Below, one piece after another: positions 44,962 to 59,464 of a stretch of 64,000 nt of DNA. The notes beneath the pieces are model-generated. The model saw only the letters and a list, made by a program, of their open reading frames with translations, had not been told where the DNA came from and ran no database searches. The translations under genes were made by a program, and so were the position numbers. Position 1 is the first letter of the stretch, and each line of letters starts with the position of its first letter. This DNA is from Octopus sinensis (taxonomy: Eukaryota), in NCBI RefSeq assembly GCF_006345805.1, contig NC_043010.1:52204001-52268000 (forward strand). The letters are read 5' to 3'.

Positions 44962-47179
44962 TGAAGAAGATTTGTATACTGTCACCCTCATTGTCTTCTG
45001 TGACCATCCAGTGGTAAGACCAGGTCAAGATGGCTGGAGATGGAGACAAATGCAGTGGCTGACCAAGATGTCTTACTTGCCTCTTCTTGTTCTCTGCACA
45101 TCATAGTGCATTGCTGCTGCCACCTTTCACTCTGTTGAATCACAAAGGTTTCTATTGTGGAGTCCACTAGATTCTGTCTTCACATGCATAGACAGGCAAG
45201 CCCTAATATGCTAATTAACCTACAGAGGGTACCCCAACAAGTGTTGGTACTCTGGATTAAAGTACACTTGGGAGCTATAGTGGTTAAGATGTGGTTCTGC
45301 TCTCCTCGAGACCCTGGAACTCCCCAACCAGAGCCTCCACTACTGGACGTAGTTCAGTTCAGTTATACTCGGGACATGATTTAAAAAAAAATTTTAATAA
45401 GCAACAATGATAATTACAAGAAAATACAATTATTGTTGTTGTTGCTGTTGTTTATTTGTCTAGGTCAGTGGTTCAATCACTGGCAACCACTTGATTTCAC
45501 CACGAACGGCAATTTTCCCCCACTTCTTTTCACAAGAAGCACTAGATCTATGAGAAACTCAAAGCCTAGATCATCTTTTATCCTGAGAACATATGATCAA
45601 ACATGCTCAAGTATTGGCCATTCTGTCACTTTTTTTTTTAAAACCCTCCTGATATAGTGTACCTAGGATTACATTATTCAATGTGTTCTTTTAAACAGTA
45701 CAGTGTGATCGTGAGATGTTTTATTGTGGTTTCTAAATAACTCAACCAACTGCGTAGAGGTTCTCTTGTTGTCTCCACAAGATAATTGAGTAGTCAGGGC
45801 CGGTGGTGGTAGTTGTTGTAGTAATAGTAGTAGTAGCAGCAATGGTAGTGTAAGGAGCAAACACATCTCATTGTTCACCAAATTGGAGGTTTCCATGCCT
45901 TAACTAGCATATTATATATTCATTCTGGAAGCTGAGACCTCAGTCTGTTGTTACTGAGGAAATGTACAGAAAATGGGACACCTATGAGTTTCAAATGAGA
46001 CAGAAAATGGGACAGCTATGAGTTTCTATTATATAAAGTGCTTTTTTCTTTTATCTCATTTGCATATCTAAATGTGTGTGTGTACATATAATGGACATAA
46101 TGATCATGGTTGAATTCTTTAGATCATAAATATACTCAGTATTATACAGCAATAAGAAAAACACACACAACATGGAATATCGAAAGCCAAAGTATAAAGA
46201 ATAGCATTAGTTTTAAAGGGGAGGGCAATGAAAGTTCAACTCTCACTCTTTACACCCTCTCTCTTAAGAATTGTCAATCCAAGTGCTAGAATGTTAGAAA
46301 TAGTTTGGGCAGAGACATTTGAATGTTCAATGGAATATGTTGTGGTATTCATTCTGGCTCTTGGTGCTGTGAGTTCAAATTTTACTGAGATCATGTTTCC
46401 TTTTTCATTCCTTTCTGGGTCTATAAAATGTCAGTCCAGGGGTGATAGATTAGTAGCGTTGTTAGAACATCAAATAAGATGCATTACAGTATCTGTTCTG
46501 GCACTTTGCATTCTGAATTCAGATTTCACTTAGATGTCAGCGGTCCGAGCTAATTGCTAAATTATGAGGGCACATCCATCCTGTTGACCTGCAATTGGCT
46601 ATCATGAACAAGTAGACATACAACCAGTGTAGATAAGCTGATGGGTGTCAATGGCCAGAGCTTATCACCACACCATGAGACTACACATCCTGTCAGCTTG
46701 TAATTGATCATCATCGACATGTAGGCCTACAACCAGTGGAGATAAGCTGGCAACAGCATGCTGAAGCTTTATTCATCAATGCGTGGAAAACAGCTGAATG
46801 GATGCAGTTTTGCTCCTGTTATTGTGGGTTCAAGTCTTGTCAGGATTCACTTCAGTATTTAAAACCCTTTTGATAGCAACCTGCGCGAGACCATCTCTGG
46901 TTCTATGTGAAAAAGTTACTGTTTAAAAGTAATTTATATAAAAACCTTCCATCAAAATTTCCATACTCTTTACTCTCTCTTTTACTCTTTTACTTGTTTC
47001 AGTCATTTGACTGCGGCCATGCCGGAGCACAGCCTTTAATCGAGCAACTCAACCCCGGGACTTATTTTTTGTAAGCCCAGTACTTATTCTATCGGTCTCT
47101 TTTGCCGAACCGCTAAGTAACGGGGACATAAACACACCAGCATCGGTTGTCAAGCAATGCTAGGGGGACAAACACAGAT

Positions 47180-47239
<60 letters not shown>

Positions 47240-48309
47240 GACTGGCTTCTTTCAGTTTCCGTCTACCAAATCCACTCACAAGGCTTCGGTCGGCCCTTTC
47301 AAATACTAGTTTAAAAATGGGCTCTTTTACTAAATTCTCCATTCTTTTCAAAATTGAAGCAAAAGCTGTATGTTTCAACAGAAATGTGAGAACAAAAAGG
47401 TTAATGATCTTGGAAAGATGAAAGGCAGTCTTGTAAAGTGGTCACTGTAATTTTTCTCTACAAATGTAACCTTGTCGTTGTTAGTCTGTAATTAACCCTT
47501 TAGTGTTTAAACCGGCCAAATCCGGCCCAATATATTCTATATGTTTTATATTCAAACTGGTGATATCTAGCCTCTCACTCCTAACCTACAATGTCATGCT
47601 AAAAATAAACAATCACATCATTGAAACCTCAAAGCTATAAGATAATGCAGGATTAATTCAAAACAATTTGAGTGAAAAAGTATTACATTTAACAAAGTAT
47701 TCTGAACACTAAAGGGTTAAGATAGAAAGAAGGCCGAACTAGAAGTATGTTTGACTGAAATGCCTGGGCATACTTGGCTTTGTTTCTTCTCTCTTTGTTT
47801 TGAGTTCAAATCCTGCCACAATTGAAATTTGTCAATTTAATCCTTGGGCAGGGAGAGGTTTTGTGTGTGTGTGTATAAGGAGGGGGGGTTGCTAAAGTAT
47901 ATAAAATAGGTACTGGGTTGATTGGATTGACTTAGTCCATTTTTTTTCCTCATCCTATGTTTGAGATCTTGTGCCAATATGAGAAGCTCTGTTATGAGGA
48001 TAATAATAATAGAATTTGAAAAGACTATATATATATAAATTTATAAATAAGGATAATATCGATATTATCAAGTGGCCAGCATGGGAATAAATATACAAAG
48101 GTAATAATTTTTTACAACTATAAATAAGGCTGTCTGAGAGACACCACCATGCCGAAATAGCAGTCTAAAAACCACCTAAAATGTTCATATCGCACCATGA
48201 GATAAGACAGAGAGACAAAATAAACTAGCAAAAAGATATTACTGCATAATTCAAGATCCTGGATTTCTAGCTTTGCTTCAAATAAGCTCTGCTTTCGTCA
48301 GTATATATA

Positions 48310-48354
<45 letters not shown>

Positions 48355-48509
48355 GTGAAATAGAAAGATGAATAATCTTGTAGCAGATTAATCAAAAGTT
48401 TAACCGATACCTTGGTAGCAAAAATCACAGCAGAAGACAGCACGGTTGGAGGTACAACCATATGGTGTTGCAACCGTGCGCTGGTGCGGATAATTTCTTC
48501 AATTCACCA

Positions 48510-48548
<39 letters not shown>

Positions 48549-49234
48549 AGACCCAACAGAACAATATAAAATCAGCCCCCAACACATTAACAACAACAGT
48601 AGAAAAGATATATTGGTATTAGTAATTGGGGTTGTTTTGCTGTTTATATATATACACACACACCCCTGTTATGAAGTCTGGCACACATGATTTCTTAAAA
48701 TTATTACTTCAAGTTTTGGGCTGATGTTAGAAATTATTATTATTATTAAGATGGCAAGCTGGCAGATTCAGTACATTGGACAAAATGCTAAGTGGCATTT
48801 CGTCCATCTCTATGTTCTGAGTTCAAATTCCGCTAAGGTTGATTTACACTTTCAGGGTCAATAAAAGAAGTACCAGTGAAACACTGGGGATCAATGCAAT
48901 CGACTTACCCTCTCCCCTATGATGGCTGCCCTTGTGGCAAATTTTGAAGCCATTATTATTATTATTATTAAAGCGGTAAACTAGCAGAATTAGTGGTATT
49001 TCACCCATCATTACATTCTGAGTTCAAAGCCTTTCCTTAAAACACACACACACACACACATTTGAATAATAACTTGTAAAAAAGATAAGGTCTGGTGAGA
49101 AGAAGAGCATCCAGTCATAAAATCCTGCCTCAGATAGCTCTCTGCCTAATCATGTTATCATGGAGTAACAGACATAAAATGAAATATTTATATGTATATA
49201 ATACACTCACACATTTCTTTCAATATGTGTATGA

Positions 49235-49272
<38 letters not shown>

Positions 49273-49274
49273 CC

Positions 49275-49465
49275 TCATGCCGGTGGAACGTAAAAGCACT
49301 CACTACACTCAGAGTGGTTGGCGTTAGGAAGGGCATCCAGCTGTAGAAACTCTGCCAGATCAGATTGGAGCCTGGTGCAGCCATCTGGTTTGCCAATCCT
49401 CAATCAAATTGTCCAACCCATGCTAGCATGGAAAGCAGACGTTAAATGATGATGATGATGATGAT
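49275..49465 (+). mobile_element. (GAT)n-tailed retroposon family F; other copies at about 1740-1860, 14690-14870, 21780-21930, 22165-22340, 34570-34740, and minus-strand copies at about 3690-3860 and 9570-9770
   Basis: Recurrent gtggttggcgttaggaagggcatccagctgtagaaac...ccatgctagcatggaaagcagacgttaaa(tga)n. The tail type is typical of RTE-mobilised elements (inference). Confidence 0.7.
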
Positions 49466-50513
49466 ATCATCATTATTTAACAGCTACTTTGCCATGGTTG
49501 TATGGGTCAGAGTAATTACTTGAGACAGATTTTCTACACCTGGATGCCCTTCCTGTCACCAACCCTCACTTGTCTCCAAGTAAGGTAATATTTCCCCCGT
49601 GGCCAGACATGTTTTCATGGAAGATAGGAAACAAAGGACACTGCTTGTGTGTCCGTGACATTTGTTTACAGCTATCACACAACACATTGTCAAAGCAAGG
49701 AGGCAGTAAATCACACACACTGATGGGCTTCTTTCAGTTTCAGTCTATCAAATTCACTCACAAGTCCTTAGCTAGCCTGGGATTATTGTAGAACCTGTCA
49801 GCTGTCTTTTAGATATCTTAGCAGCCAATGTAAAACGGGATGGTCTAGATCTTTCTCTTTTCTTCCTTATAGATTCTCTTTATTCAAGCCAACAATAATC
49901 AACGCCAAACCACTTACTTTGCTAAGTTGTCTCTATTAGTCAATTATATGAAGGACGGAGGTGGGGAAGAGAAATATGGTGATAATTATGATTATCATGA
50001 TGATGATAGTAATGATGGCAATTATTGAATTAATCTCTGTTTTAAGGGAACTGGCTTGATGGGAAGAGCGTGTGTGTATATACACACATTTATATAGTTA
50101 TGTTGGTTAGATTGTTAGTTGAATGAATGAATGAACAATTTTACAGCGATTCAGTATTCCTTGTGATCATAATGGTGTGTGTGTGTGTGTATATACATAT
50201 ATATATAAATAAATTATGTATGTATATATAAATTATACATATATATATATATATGTATATATATAATCACAATGTTAATGTATGTATATATGTGTATATT
50301 TGTGTGTATGAAAGAAAAAAACCCAAAGCTTGTTTATTTTTATTTCTTTTTAAATTTGTATGTTTTGCTTTATTTGTTTGTTTTTAAATTAAAATTTTGA
50401 CATTTTTGTAATTTTGTTTTGTTTTATTTTGTTTTAAATTATTTTTTGTTTTGTGTATCTGTTTTTTTTTTTTGGTATCTAGAAAAATCTTTAAATTTTG
50501 CCTTCCGAAAACC

Positions 50514-50548
<35 letters not shown>

Positions 50549-52124
50549 AGGCGGTGAGCAGGGCAAAATGCTTAGTGGCATTTCTTTCTACTTTCCATTT
50601 TGAGTTCAGATCCCACCGGGGTTGACTCTGCCTTTCATCCCTTTGGGGTTGATAAAATAACCACCAGTTGAGCATTGGTGGGGTCAATGTAATTGACTAG
50701 TCACCCCATCCGCCTTTTATCTTTTACTAGTTTTTCAGTCATTGGTCTGTGACCAAACTGGGGCCCTGTCTTGATGGGTTTTAGTTGAACAAGTTCACCC
50801 TTGTGCTTATTTTTTTTCTTTTTAAGTCTGGTATTCTATCAATCTCTTTTGCTGAACTGCAAAGTTATGGTAATGTAAACAAATGAACATCAGTTGTGAA
50901 ACAGTGTGGTGGGAACAAAGACACACACATGCACACAGGTATATGTATGTGTGTAATATATGCATATGGGCGGTGAGCTGGTAGAATTGTTTGCATTCAG
51001 ATTACTCTGTTAAATGTAATCCTTGTTTGTTGACATTGTTTTGAATTAATCATGCATTATCTCATAGATATGAGATTTCGATGATATTATTGTTTATTTT
51101 TAGAGTGACTTTGTAGGGTACGTATGAGAGGCCAGATCTAGTCAGTTTGAAATGGCCCCTTAAAGATGAACATGTTGAGTCAAATGTCAAGCAGAATTTG
51201 AAGAACAATTATAAGTTTTCTTTGTTTATTATTATTATTGTTATTATTTTTCTTACTTTCTCCCCTCAACTTATCTACCTCTACTTTCTAGCTGTTTTTT
51301 TCATTTCAATCTTCATTGGATGCAGTACAGAAATTAATAGGATATCAAAATAATACATTTATATATACACACACGGGCACCAAATAATGCACACGCATGC
51401 TACATTTAACACAAAAAACATATGTATACCAGGCACATGCCGTCAGTAATTACTCAGGGTAGGCAGTTGGTAACGTTTATGTAGTAAAGCATGCAAAAAA
51501 ATAAGCGAAACACAGGCGTGTGACTGAGTTGGTGGCAGAATTACTTCTGCCTTTATAGCACGTAAAGAAAACGTTGTTGTAGGAATGTACGCAGCATGTG
51601 TACTACAGCAGTACTATGCGTAGCTTTAATACTGAGATTTAAAGGCAGGGGCGAATTATACCTACCTAATCTACAAAAAATGAAAATATTTTGCTTGTTA
51701 TGCATAGTAATCAGAGTAACCATCATAATTTTATTGAATTAGGTACATATTTTGCCATAAAAGGAAAATGTTACTATCAATCTATTTTATTCAGGGTAGG
51801 CATTCTTATAGTCATCCAAAAATCACACACAAAGGAACGTCTTTACACAAACATTGCATGCAAGCGTTCACAAATACAGATACACACATTTGTTAGAAAG
51901 AGAGAGAGAGATTCATTATTCTTCATTATTTTTCTGTTGAGTAGAAAAACATTTATGGAGTTTGAATTTTGGGCTTTAATTTATGATATTAACTTGGATG
52001 AATTATATTGATGATGGTGGTGGTTGTGGAGGTAACTAAGAAAGAAGACTGATAAAGCTGATCCAACAAAGAAAGCTTCCATGCAGTCATGTGTCCTGTT
52101 AAAAATACCAGTTTAATCCCACCC

Positions 52125-52161
<37 letters not shown>

Positions 52162-53545
52162 CTAATGTAGGATAAAATTTTTTTTCGAAAAAAAATTTAA
52201 TCAACATATCAAAAAATACCTTTAAAGGTTAAATTTATAAATAACTTATAAAATAAGGGCAAAAGAAAGATTCTAATGCCAAATATGCCGAAAAAATGAC
52301 AAAATTGTCAATAACCATTATAATTTATGCGTCTCGAAACAAGCCGATAGAAATTTCTAAAAAATCCGTTATTACCGTATTGGTCCCAATTTTGGGGTTA
52401 ATTCATAAGAATTTTCCCCTCCTCAGCGATAAATATGTAAGACATAAATGAAATACTTACTCATACCAATGGCTTATTTTATAAGTTTTATATATATATA
52501 TACATATGAGGCAATGACAAGTCACTGAGACCTTTGGCGATATACTGTGCATGAGAAGACTCATCAAGCCAAATGAAATCGTAGTCGTGGAAGAAAGAGT
52601 GAGAGAAAGTGGTGGTGGTAGAGTACAACAGGCTGGAGCCTCATGGAGCTTTAGGTGTTTTTGCTCAATAAACACTCACAACCCCCAGTTTGGGAATTGA
52701 AACCATGATCCTATGACCATGCGTCCACTGTGTGTGTGTGTGTGTGAGACAATGTTGATTTGGGCAGAATTTGAACTTTAGGTTGCAGACAGCCAGAACT
52801 GCTACTGCTTGGCATCTTAGCCAATACTCTCAATCATAAAATACTGATATGAATTGATCCATGAGTAACATTGCTCAATCGAGCATAACAAAGCAACGAA
52901 ACATCACAGCATTAAAGATGCTAGCAGTCACCATCAAGCAATCAATGAAGCAACATCAGCAATATACCATGTGACGTCATGCCAACGAGGTGGTGGTAGT
53001 GGTAGTGGTGGAAGCCCTATGTGGTTACTCGAACTTCTAGAAATAGCAGCTAAGACACATGGCTATATTAGATGCACCCCCCCCAGTTTCAGCACATACT
53101 TGAGCACATACGCAAGAAAAAACTGTTTGGAGTTCAGATTCCGCCGAGGTCGACTTTGCCTTTCATCCTTTCGGGGTCAATAAATTAAGTACCAGTTGTG
53201 TACCGGGGTTGATGTAATCAACTTAATCTTTTTGTCTGTCCTTATTTGTCCCCTCTATGTTTAGCCCCTTGTGGGCAATAAAGAAATAGCTAGCTCATGG
53301 GCCAAGGAATACCAGATTAATTTGGGGGAAATGTTAAATAAGATAACATGCTGATGACCTATTCAGGGAGAAGATTATGTAATGGCACAGTTGCTCATGG
53401 GCTGAGAGGTACCAGAATAATTTCAGGAACTAAATGATATAACAGACTGATGTCCTATCCTGAGAGTAGATTTATATCTTATCTGCTTTATGCTTTTTGG
53501 GTCTTAAGAGCTGATATCATAACTTTGTAAGTCTGATGGTCATGA

Positions 53546-53845
53546 GGTGATATTGTTACCATGGAGTTGGTGAGATATTACTATTATGGGGCTTCTGGAA
53601 ATATCATTATAACGAGGGTTTGTGGAGATATTGTTATCATGTAGTTTGTAGAAATTAGTAGAAATATTGTGACCCATGGTGTGTATGGTGATACCACTGT
53701 CATGTGGCTTGTTGAGATTTAATTATCTGATGGTATATAATGAATGATATCGTTATCACAGGGTTTGTAGATATATCATTATCATATAGCATGTAGAAAT
53801 AGTGTTCTCATGTGGTTTGTAGAAATATCATTATGAATTTTATCA
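53546..53845. repeat. Decayed minisatellite of about 26 bp (GATATTGTTATCATGTGGTTTGTAGA-like)
   Basis: Roughly 10-11 degenerate units are visible by eye. Confidence 0.65.
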
Positions 53846-55641
53846 CTTAGCCTAAATAAATCATCATCACATATGAGAGAGAGAGAAGGGTAATGCTCTA
53901 TCTTTTCACAATCTACTGAAATGATAAAATATGCTGAAATTAGTTTAATTGTTTTTGGTCATGCTTTTAATGGCTTAGAACTGTATTTTCTCCATTTTTT
54001 TTTCTTCATTTTCTTTTTTTTCTTTTTTTTTTTTTAATATTTTGATAACTTTTGTATGTCCATTCTCAAGAAACAGAAATTTACTGCCTCAGTCATAAAG
54101 ACATATCCCACAGTATGCTTCTGCCATGGTGCAAACCTGGACAGAATACTTCTGTGCATATATATATATATATATACACATATATCTATATACACACAGA
54201 CACACACCCACATACATGTATACATGTGTGATTTTCTTATTGAGATGATGAAGATCCTAAATTTTCCCAAACTCCAGAACAACACCTTCTTACCTATCAT
54301 TTTAATCCCTTTCCATATGCTTTGCTTTTTTTTTTGTTGTGGGGAAGGGGCTCTTATATACCTGCCCAATTCATAGAGATGCACAGCTACCTTATATATA
54401 TATATATATATATAGTCATAATAATCCATGGATGGAACTTATAAATATTTTAATGCATCCCTACGTGCATTTCCCCTAATCACATGTCTTTTTTTGTGAC
54501 CATAATCCACACACCTGGGATGATTACTGCCCAATCTGCAATATCTATGGACATATCCAGTTCTTATAACTCCATTGTCAACTTTAACATCATTATCACC
54601 ACATTGTCATCACTAGCTTGGCTATAGCGGGCAAGTAGAGCTAATTGTCTTGCCAAAGAATACCATGCAATGCCTCGTTATATATATACATACACATACT
54701 TACATACATACATATATATATATACATATATATATAATGCACTATCTGGCCTGATGCTTTCAGTCAATCATTTACACGTTCTTTTAGTTTACATTCGGTT
54801 TCATCATGATTTATCCAGCATCTGTATTAGTACATCTTCCAGTTTTTGGTATTTCTGATACCAGGTGTAACTTTAAAAAACAACCTGTCTTACTGCTGAC
54901 ATGCATATCATATACCATACACACTTACATTTACACAGAATCACACACACACACATACACACACACACACACTTCTATCTTTCTCTATATCTCAATATGT
55001 ATATACATACTTATGTACACATACTCACACACACACACACACATACACACACACACCACACACACACACACACACACTCATAGACATCTCAAAAATAAAT
55101 AGACGCCATCATTTTTGAAAGATTTATTTCTAGAAACGAAATAATGTCATTCGATACATTTAAATACATAATCAAGTATTTAGTCAGGCAATGAACTGGT
55201 AGAATTGTTAACTTACTGTTCAAAATGCTTAGTGGCATTTCAGCCATCTTAACGTTCTGAGTTCAAATCCTGCCAAGGTTGACTTTGCCTTTCATCCCTT
55301 TCAGGGCCGATAAAATAAGTACCAGTTGAGCACTGGGGTTGATGTAATCGACGGCTTACTCCCTCCCCTGAAATTACTGGCTTTGTGCCAAAATTCGAAA
55401 CCATTGACGTATTTATTAGATATACCTTGTCCATAATCCATTAACAAGTGGTGGCCACACAGATAAAATTGTATCACGAGAAGTGTCTGTTTACTTTTGA
55501 GATGATCGTGTGTGTGTGTGTGTGTGTGTGTGTGTCTGTGTGTATAGGCACATGAGGTGGAATGTATACTTACTTACATGAATGTATACTTACATTAAAA
55601 TCATGCATTCTTACACATACATATATATATATACACAACAT

Positions 55642-55686
<45 letters not shown>

Positions 55687-56285
55687 CACACATACACACA
55701 CATGTATACAAATGAATAACTCTTTTCTGAAATGAAACTATTATTACACAATTTATACTTTTTAAGAACTAAAAAAAAACTTTTAAAAAAATATTAACGC
55801 AATCACAAAATTATATTCCGAATGCCAATCAAAGTAAATCAGTGCTCAGTAGACATCAATCAGCATCAATCAACATCAATCAATTCATTGTGGTGTGAAA
55901 ATAAAAAAAATAAGATTTAAGACAAAAGAAAAAAAAATTTTTTTTTTTTGACAATGTTGAAGTTGTATATGAAAAAGAATTACCAAAAACAAAGAACCTA
56001 ACAAAAATACAAAAAAAGTAAATGAAATAAAAATAAAATTGTAAAAATGATTCATTTTGTAAAGAAAAAAAAGTAAAAGAAAAATGTTAAAACAAACAAA
56101 CAAACACATTTTGTGAGGATTTCCACCTGTTTTTTTTGTTCTGTTTTTTTCTTATATGACTTACAATGTTTTTTACTTGTTGATGTCCATTCTTCAGAAT
56201 TGTATAAACACTCATTAGACAAATATATACATACATACATACGTATGTATGTATATTTGTATATAGGTGCAAGTGTGTGTGTGTG

Positions 56286-56339
<54 letters not shown>

Positions 56340-56350
56340 CACACACACAA

Positions 56351-56393
<43 letters not shown>

Positions 56394-56545
56394 CACAAAT
56401 ACATATAAATACATACTATATATATACACATATACACACAAATACATATACTATATATATATATATATATATACCACCTTAAAGGTGGTGCTCCAGCATG
56501 GCCGCAGTCAAATGACTGAAACAAGTAAAAGAGTGATATATATAT

Positions 56546-56602
<57 letters not shown>

Positions 56603-57726
56603 TACATACACACATACATGCACACACACACAAATAGATACATATATGAATACATACATACATATGTAAAATCTGTTGAGTGCTGCTACCAGGTTTTGAA
56701 CTTCTGAACTTTATTTGGAGGGTACAATGTTTTTAACCAAGAAAACCACAGTTACTAAGTTATGAAATATCGTGTTAAAGAATGTTTTTTTTTTTCCCAT
56801 TTGATTTTTTTTTAATTAAAAATAATAATTATGATCAATAATGATAATAATGATGATGATAATAATAATAATTTTTTTCCATTGTATATTGGTAGTTTTT
56901 CTTTTTCTTCTTTGTCAGCTCTGTTTTACACATAGCGGCTTCACTTGTTTAAGTTAATAAATTGTTGCCTAAAGTGAGTGCCACCTGGGGCTCCACTTGA
57001 GTTTTCTGAGGACCCCCTCTGCCTCTCTGCAGATTTTTACAACAGATCCAAAAGCGCCATTCCCATAAAAGTATCACCTGGGATGGACCTCTCCTCTTGC
57101 CTGCTTAGCTTTGCCCCTTCGTTCCTCTAGCCCCCTTGTCCTGCCTCGCTATTTTGTTCTTTTCACCCCCTTGCACTAGCACTCCTGCCCCCATGCTCCC
57201 CTGTTCCTTCCTCCCCTTCTCTTGCTTCTGCTCTCCTCACTCCACCCCTGCTCTCCTTGCTTCCTGCTCCTCTTGTTCCCTTGCCTCTTCACCCCACCAC
57301 TCCTCATCCATCGCTTCCTCCCCACCATGCTACTGGTGGCATAATATTTAGGATGTTGGCCTTATAAGCTGTCCAGTTCAATTCCTTGTCTAGAGGGTAC
57401 ATTTGTGTCCTTGAGCAAGGCACTTCATTACTTCCCATTGCATTAGTCTAGTTGGCTGAAAAGCAGTAGCAGTCAAGTGCTGGCGCAGGCCCTTTTTCAC
57501 TTTACTGTCAAGTCCTCAATGTCCTTCAACAAGGATGGCACCACCAAGAGGTTGCTTATGGTTAAGTCTAATTGTGGCTTCACAGGCACCTAGAACAATC
57601 AGTGAAAGCATAGTACATGCTACCAAGTCATGCTTGTTTGAAAGGGATGGCTGTGATATGGTCTGCCAACCAAAAATGTGTGGGAATGACTATTCATGAT
57701 TAATCGTACTCTTATCATTTGTGTGT

Positions 57727-58052
57727 GAAGGCACATGACTCAATGATTAGAGTGTCGGGCTCACAATCATGAGGTAGTGAGTTCAATTCCTGAACTGGGT
57801 TGTGTGTTGTGTTCTTGAGCAAGACACTTTATTTCATGTTACTCCATTTCACTCAGCTGTAAAAATGAGTTGTGACATCACTGGTGCCAAGCTTTATCGG
57901 CCCTTGGATAATATCGGTGGTGTGGAGAGGGGAGGCTGGTATGCATGGGCAACTGTTGGCCTTCCATAAACAACCTTGGTTGGACTTGTGCCACAGAGGG
58001 GAACTTTCTAGGTGCAATCCCATGGTCATTCATGACTGAAGTGAGTCTTTCT
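57727..58052 (+). mobile_element. tRNA-derived CORE-like SINE (family C); other copies at about 3425-3666, 10525-10790, 26522-26820
   Basis: tRNA head followed by gttcttgagcaagacactttatttcac..ccactcagctg..aaaatgagt, which resembles the CORE domain (recalled, not searched). Confidence 0.7.
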
Positions 58053-59042
58053 TCCCTTTTATCATCCGTCACCCTGTTTAACACCACTGTCTGGTCCCTT
58101 AGGTGCCTTTAGCAGAGTTCCACTGTTGCAAGCATTATGGAAGAAATTTCCAGCACAAACCTTCACTGCCTTGTGAGTGCTTTGGGAAAAGAACAGTTTG
58201 GGGGAGTCAATCTTGATAGCAAATTAAGGAGTGGAGCCCCTCAAGTGGTCTGGTACCCACTTTCACACCCTTCATGCAACTCCATGGTAGGTGGAAGAAC
58301 AAATCAAAACATAGAGGTAGGTGTACAACCTTGCAACCTTAATCCTCAAGTATTTAAATGTGCCATATTCAGCCTAAATATTCTACCTGTGTTATGTTCA
58401 AACTGACCAGATTCAGCATCTCACACCTATCCTCCAATGTCATTCTAAAAATAAACAATCACATTATTGAAATCCTGAGGTTATGAGATAATCAAGACGA
58501 AGCATCATAAATTCAAAACAACATGAAGAAATAGGCATTTCCGTGGAGAATGCCACTCCGATATGAAACCTTCTGTTTGTGTGGTCACTGTTGCTGTCTT
58601 AGTGCACTGAGCCACTGTGGGTCTGAGCTTCAATTCTAAAGAATGAGACTGGATTGCACAGATTGACTCTCTTTCCAAAACTACTAAGCACAGGCAGGAA
58701 GAGATGCCATGTAACATCATGGATCAGTTTACATGACCACATGAGGGCTTGCCACTCCTCCTAATGATCTAATGATAGAAACAAAATTGTCATTTGATGC
58801 ATTTAAATACTTAATCTAGTATAAACAAATGTTAGTTTGTTTTTTATAAGTGTCCTGACAAATTTTTCCACCTTGTAAGGATAATTTAGTCAGTGCTTCT
58901 ACTGTTCTAATGGCAGTTCTGCGTTCGAAAAAATATCTTATTTGTATCATACTTAATCTAGTATTTAGTAGACATGCCTTGTGCATAATGTATTAGCAAG
59001 TTTGAAGCACCAGATAGTGGCCACACAGAAAAAAGGTATCAC

Positions 59043-59464
59043 GAAAAGGCGGTGAGCTGGCAGAAACGGTAGCACACCGGGCGAAATGCTTAGCGGTATT
59101 TCATCTGTCTTTACATTCTGAGTTCAAAATCTGTCGAGGTCGACTTTGCTTTTCATCCTTTCGGGGTCGATAAATTAAGTACCAGTTACGCACTGGTGTC
59201 GATGTAATCGACTTAATCTCTTTGTCTGTCCTTGTTTCTCCTCTCTGTGTTTAACCCCTTGTGGGTAGTAAAGAAATAGGTATTTCGTCTGTCTTAATGT
59301 TCTGAGTTCAAATTCTGCTGAGGTCGACTTTGCCTTTCATCTTTTCTGGGTCGATAAATTAAGTACCAGTTACACACTGGGGGTTGATGTAATCGACTTA
59401 ATCCCTTTGTCTGTCTTTGTTTGTGCCCTCTATGTTTATCCCCTTGTGGGCAGTAAAAAAAATA
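59043..59464 (+). mobile_element. SINE family A1 in head+body+body form
   Basis: One A-box head, then two bodies joined at aaagaaata|ggtatttc (59278/59279). Perfect 16-bp TSD AGAAAAAAGGTATCAC at 59027 and 59465. Confidence 0.88.

Noticed and set aside
56978-56995. CTCF-like site (reverse complement GCCCCAGGTGGCAC)
   Set aside because: It matches 12 of 14 positions of a degenerate consensus, which is expected by chance in 64 kb, and has no supporting context.
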